A DNA stretch of 64,000 nucleotides, from positions 16,742,001 through 16,806,000 of the forward strand of contig NC_086109.1 of NCBI RefSeq assembly GCF_963921235.1, read 5' to 3'. Below are positions 62,152-64,000 of the stretch, one piece after another. Numbering within the stretch: position 1 is the first letter of the stretch; each line of letters starts with the position of its first letter. Both the position numbers and the translations under genes were made by a program. The DNA is from Mobula hypostoma. Lineage: Eukaryota. The notes under the pieces were generated by a model. That model was given only the letters and a program-made list of their open reading frames with translations, made no database searches and was not told the origin of the DNA.

Positions 62152-62832
62152 TAGATTAGATTATGAGGACACTCAGTCCTCATTTATTGTCGTTTAGAAA
62201 TGCATGCATTAGGAAATGATACAATGTTCCTCCAGAGTGATATCACAAAAAAAACAAGACAAACCAAAGACTAACACTGACAAAACCATATAATTATAAC
62301 ATATAGTTACAGCAGTGCAAAACAATACCATAATTTGATAAAGAGCAGACCATGGGAACGGTTAAAAAAAAGTCTCAAAGTTCCGATTGACTCCCGATAG
62401 TCCACAATAGCAGGCGGCAGAAGAGAGAAACTCTCTCTGCCATAAACCTCCAGGCACCGACAACTGTCGATATATTGGAAGCACCTGACCACAGCCAACT
62501 CTGAGTCCGTCCGAAAACTTCGAGCCTCCGACTAGCCGTCCGACACCGAGCACCGTGTACCATCTCTGCCGAGCGCTTTGACCCCGCCCCAGCCGCCGAG
62601 CAACAAGCAAAGCCGAGGATTCGGGACCTTCCCCTCCGGAGATTCTGGATCACACAGTAGCAGCGGCAGCGAAACAGGCATTTCAGAAGTTTCTCCAGAT
62701 GTTCCTCCGTTCTCTCACGTCTGTCTCCATCAAATCAGGATTGTGCACGGCACCCTACTTGACAGATTGCTGATATCATTCACCGGAGTGGCTGCTGCGA
62801 GCTGCATCACGTCACCATCTTCTCCTCCTCCT
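62152..62832 (-). mobile_element. Non-autonomous retroelement, copy 4
   Basis: End-to-end similarity to copies 1-3. Confidence 0.85.
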
Positions 62833-64000
62833 TGAAGGAAATTTCTAACAAGGACCAAGGCATAAAAAAGTTGTCATTATGCTGGTTTGCCTGATATGAC
62901 CAAAACTTTCCAGGGTATATAATAATGGACTGATCCAGTGCGGATAGCTCAGCCTCTCTCCTCAAAGATGCTGGCTAGTTTTTCATCATACTGAATGGAC
63001 CTTGCAGAACCCGAAGCATTTACTTCACATCAACCGCCCTACGCCTTACTTCATCCAAGTGCCATTAATGTACAAACCTGAGAAGAACTATCAACCACTC
63101 CCTGTGAGTTAGTCAAAGTCAAAGTTAATTTATTATCAAAGTATATGTATGTCAGCATATACTACATTGAGGTTCATTTTCACGCAGGCATTTACAGGAA
63201 AATAAAGAAATAAAATAGAACTTATGAAAAACTATATGTAAACAAAGACTGACAAATAACAAATGTGCAAAAGAAGGCAAATTGTGCAAATAGATAGATA
63301 GGGAGAGAGAGAGAGAGAGAGAGAGAAATAATACTGAGAACATAAGTTGTAGAGCCCTTGAAGTTGAGTTTAGACCATAAGGCCATAACACATAGGAGCA
63401 AAATTAGGCCATTCAGCTCCACCATTTCATCATGGCTGAACCCAGATCCCATTCAACCCCATACACCTACTCTCTCACCACATCCCTTGAATCTATCGAC
63501 TTCCACTTTAAATATACCCACAGACGTAGCCTCCACTGCAGTCTGTGGCAGAGCATTCCACAGGTTTGGCTAAAAAAATTCCTCCTTACTTCTGTTCTAA
63601 AAGGTCGCCCCTCAATTTGAGGCTGTGCCCTCTAGATCTGGATACCCCTACCAGAGGAAACATCCTCTCCACATCCACCCTGTCTAGTCCTTTTAACATT
63701 TAGTAGGTTTCAATGAGATCTCCCTGCAATCTTCTAAATACCAGTGAGCGCAGACCCAAAACTGCCAGACGTTTCTGATTTGTAGGTTGTGGAATCAGTT
63801 CTGAGTTGAGGTGAATGAATTTATCCATGCGAGTTCAGTAACCTGATGTTTGTAGGATAATAACTGTTCCTGAACCTGGTAACCTGGGACCTAAGGCTCC
63901 TCTACCTCCTTTGCGATGGTAGCAGTGAAAAGAGAGCATGGTCTGAATGTTGGGCATCCTTGATACTGATGCTACTTTCTTGTGGCTGTGCTCCTTGTAA

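Overview
Eukaryotic, repeat-saturated non-coding DNA (intronic or intergenic). The repeat repertoire points to a cartilaginous fish, probably a ray (inference from family types). I recognise no host protein-coding gene, rRNA, true tRNA or CRISPR array; every interpretable ORF is transposon-derived. Contents: many CR1-clade LINE fragments (one young 2.5-kb copy with an open RT frame), a full-length but disabled RTE-clade LINE, Rex/Babar-type LINE fragments, tRNA-derived SINEs, RTE-dependent non-autonomous elements, Tc1 and hAT derivatives, two solo LTRs, and about a dozen Penelope-derived fold-back elements carrying minimal hammerhead-ribozyme cores. Most notable: the hammerhead/palindrome elements with 10-14 bp target-site duplications (TSDs); a 28 x 37-bp array grown out of CR1 RT coding sequence; composite DNA transposons whose ends are tiny TIR-TIR units; and a full-length RTE with a structured 5' leader plus its apparent SINE partners. 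I do not see a convincingly new protein-based system. Coordinates of old, degenerate repeats are approximate (tens of bp).
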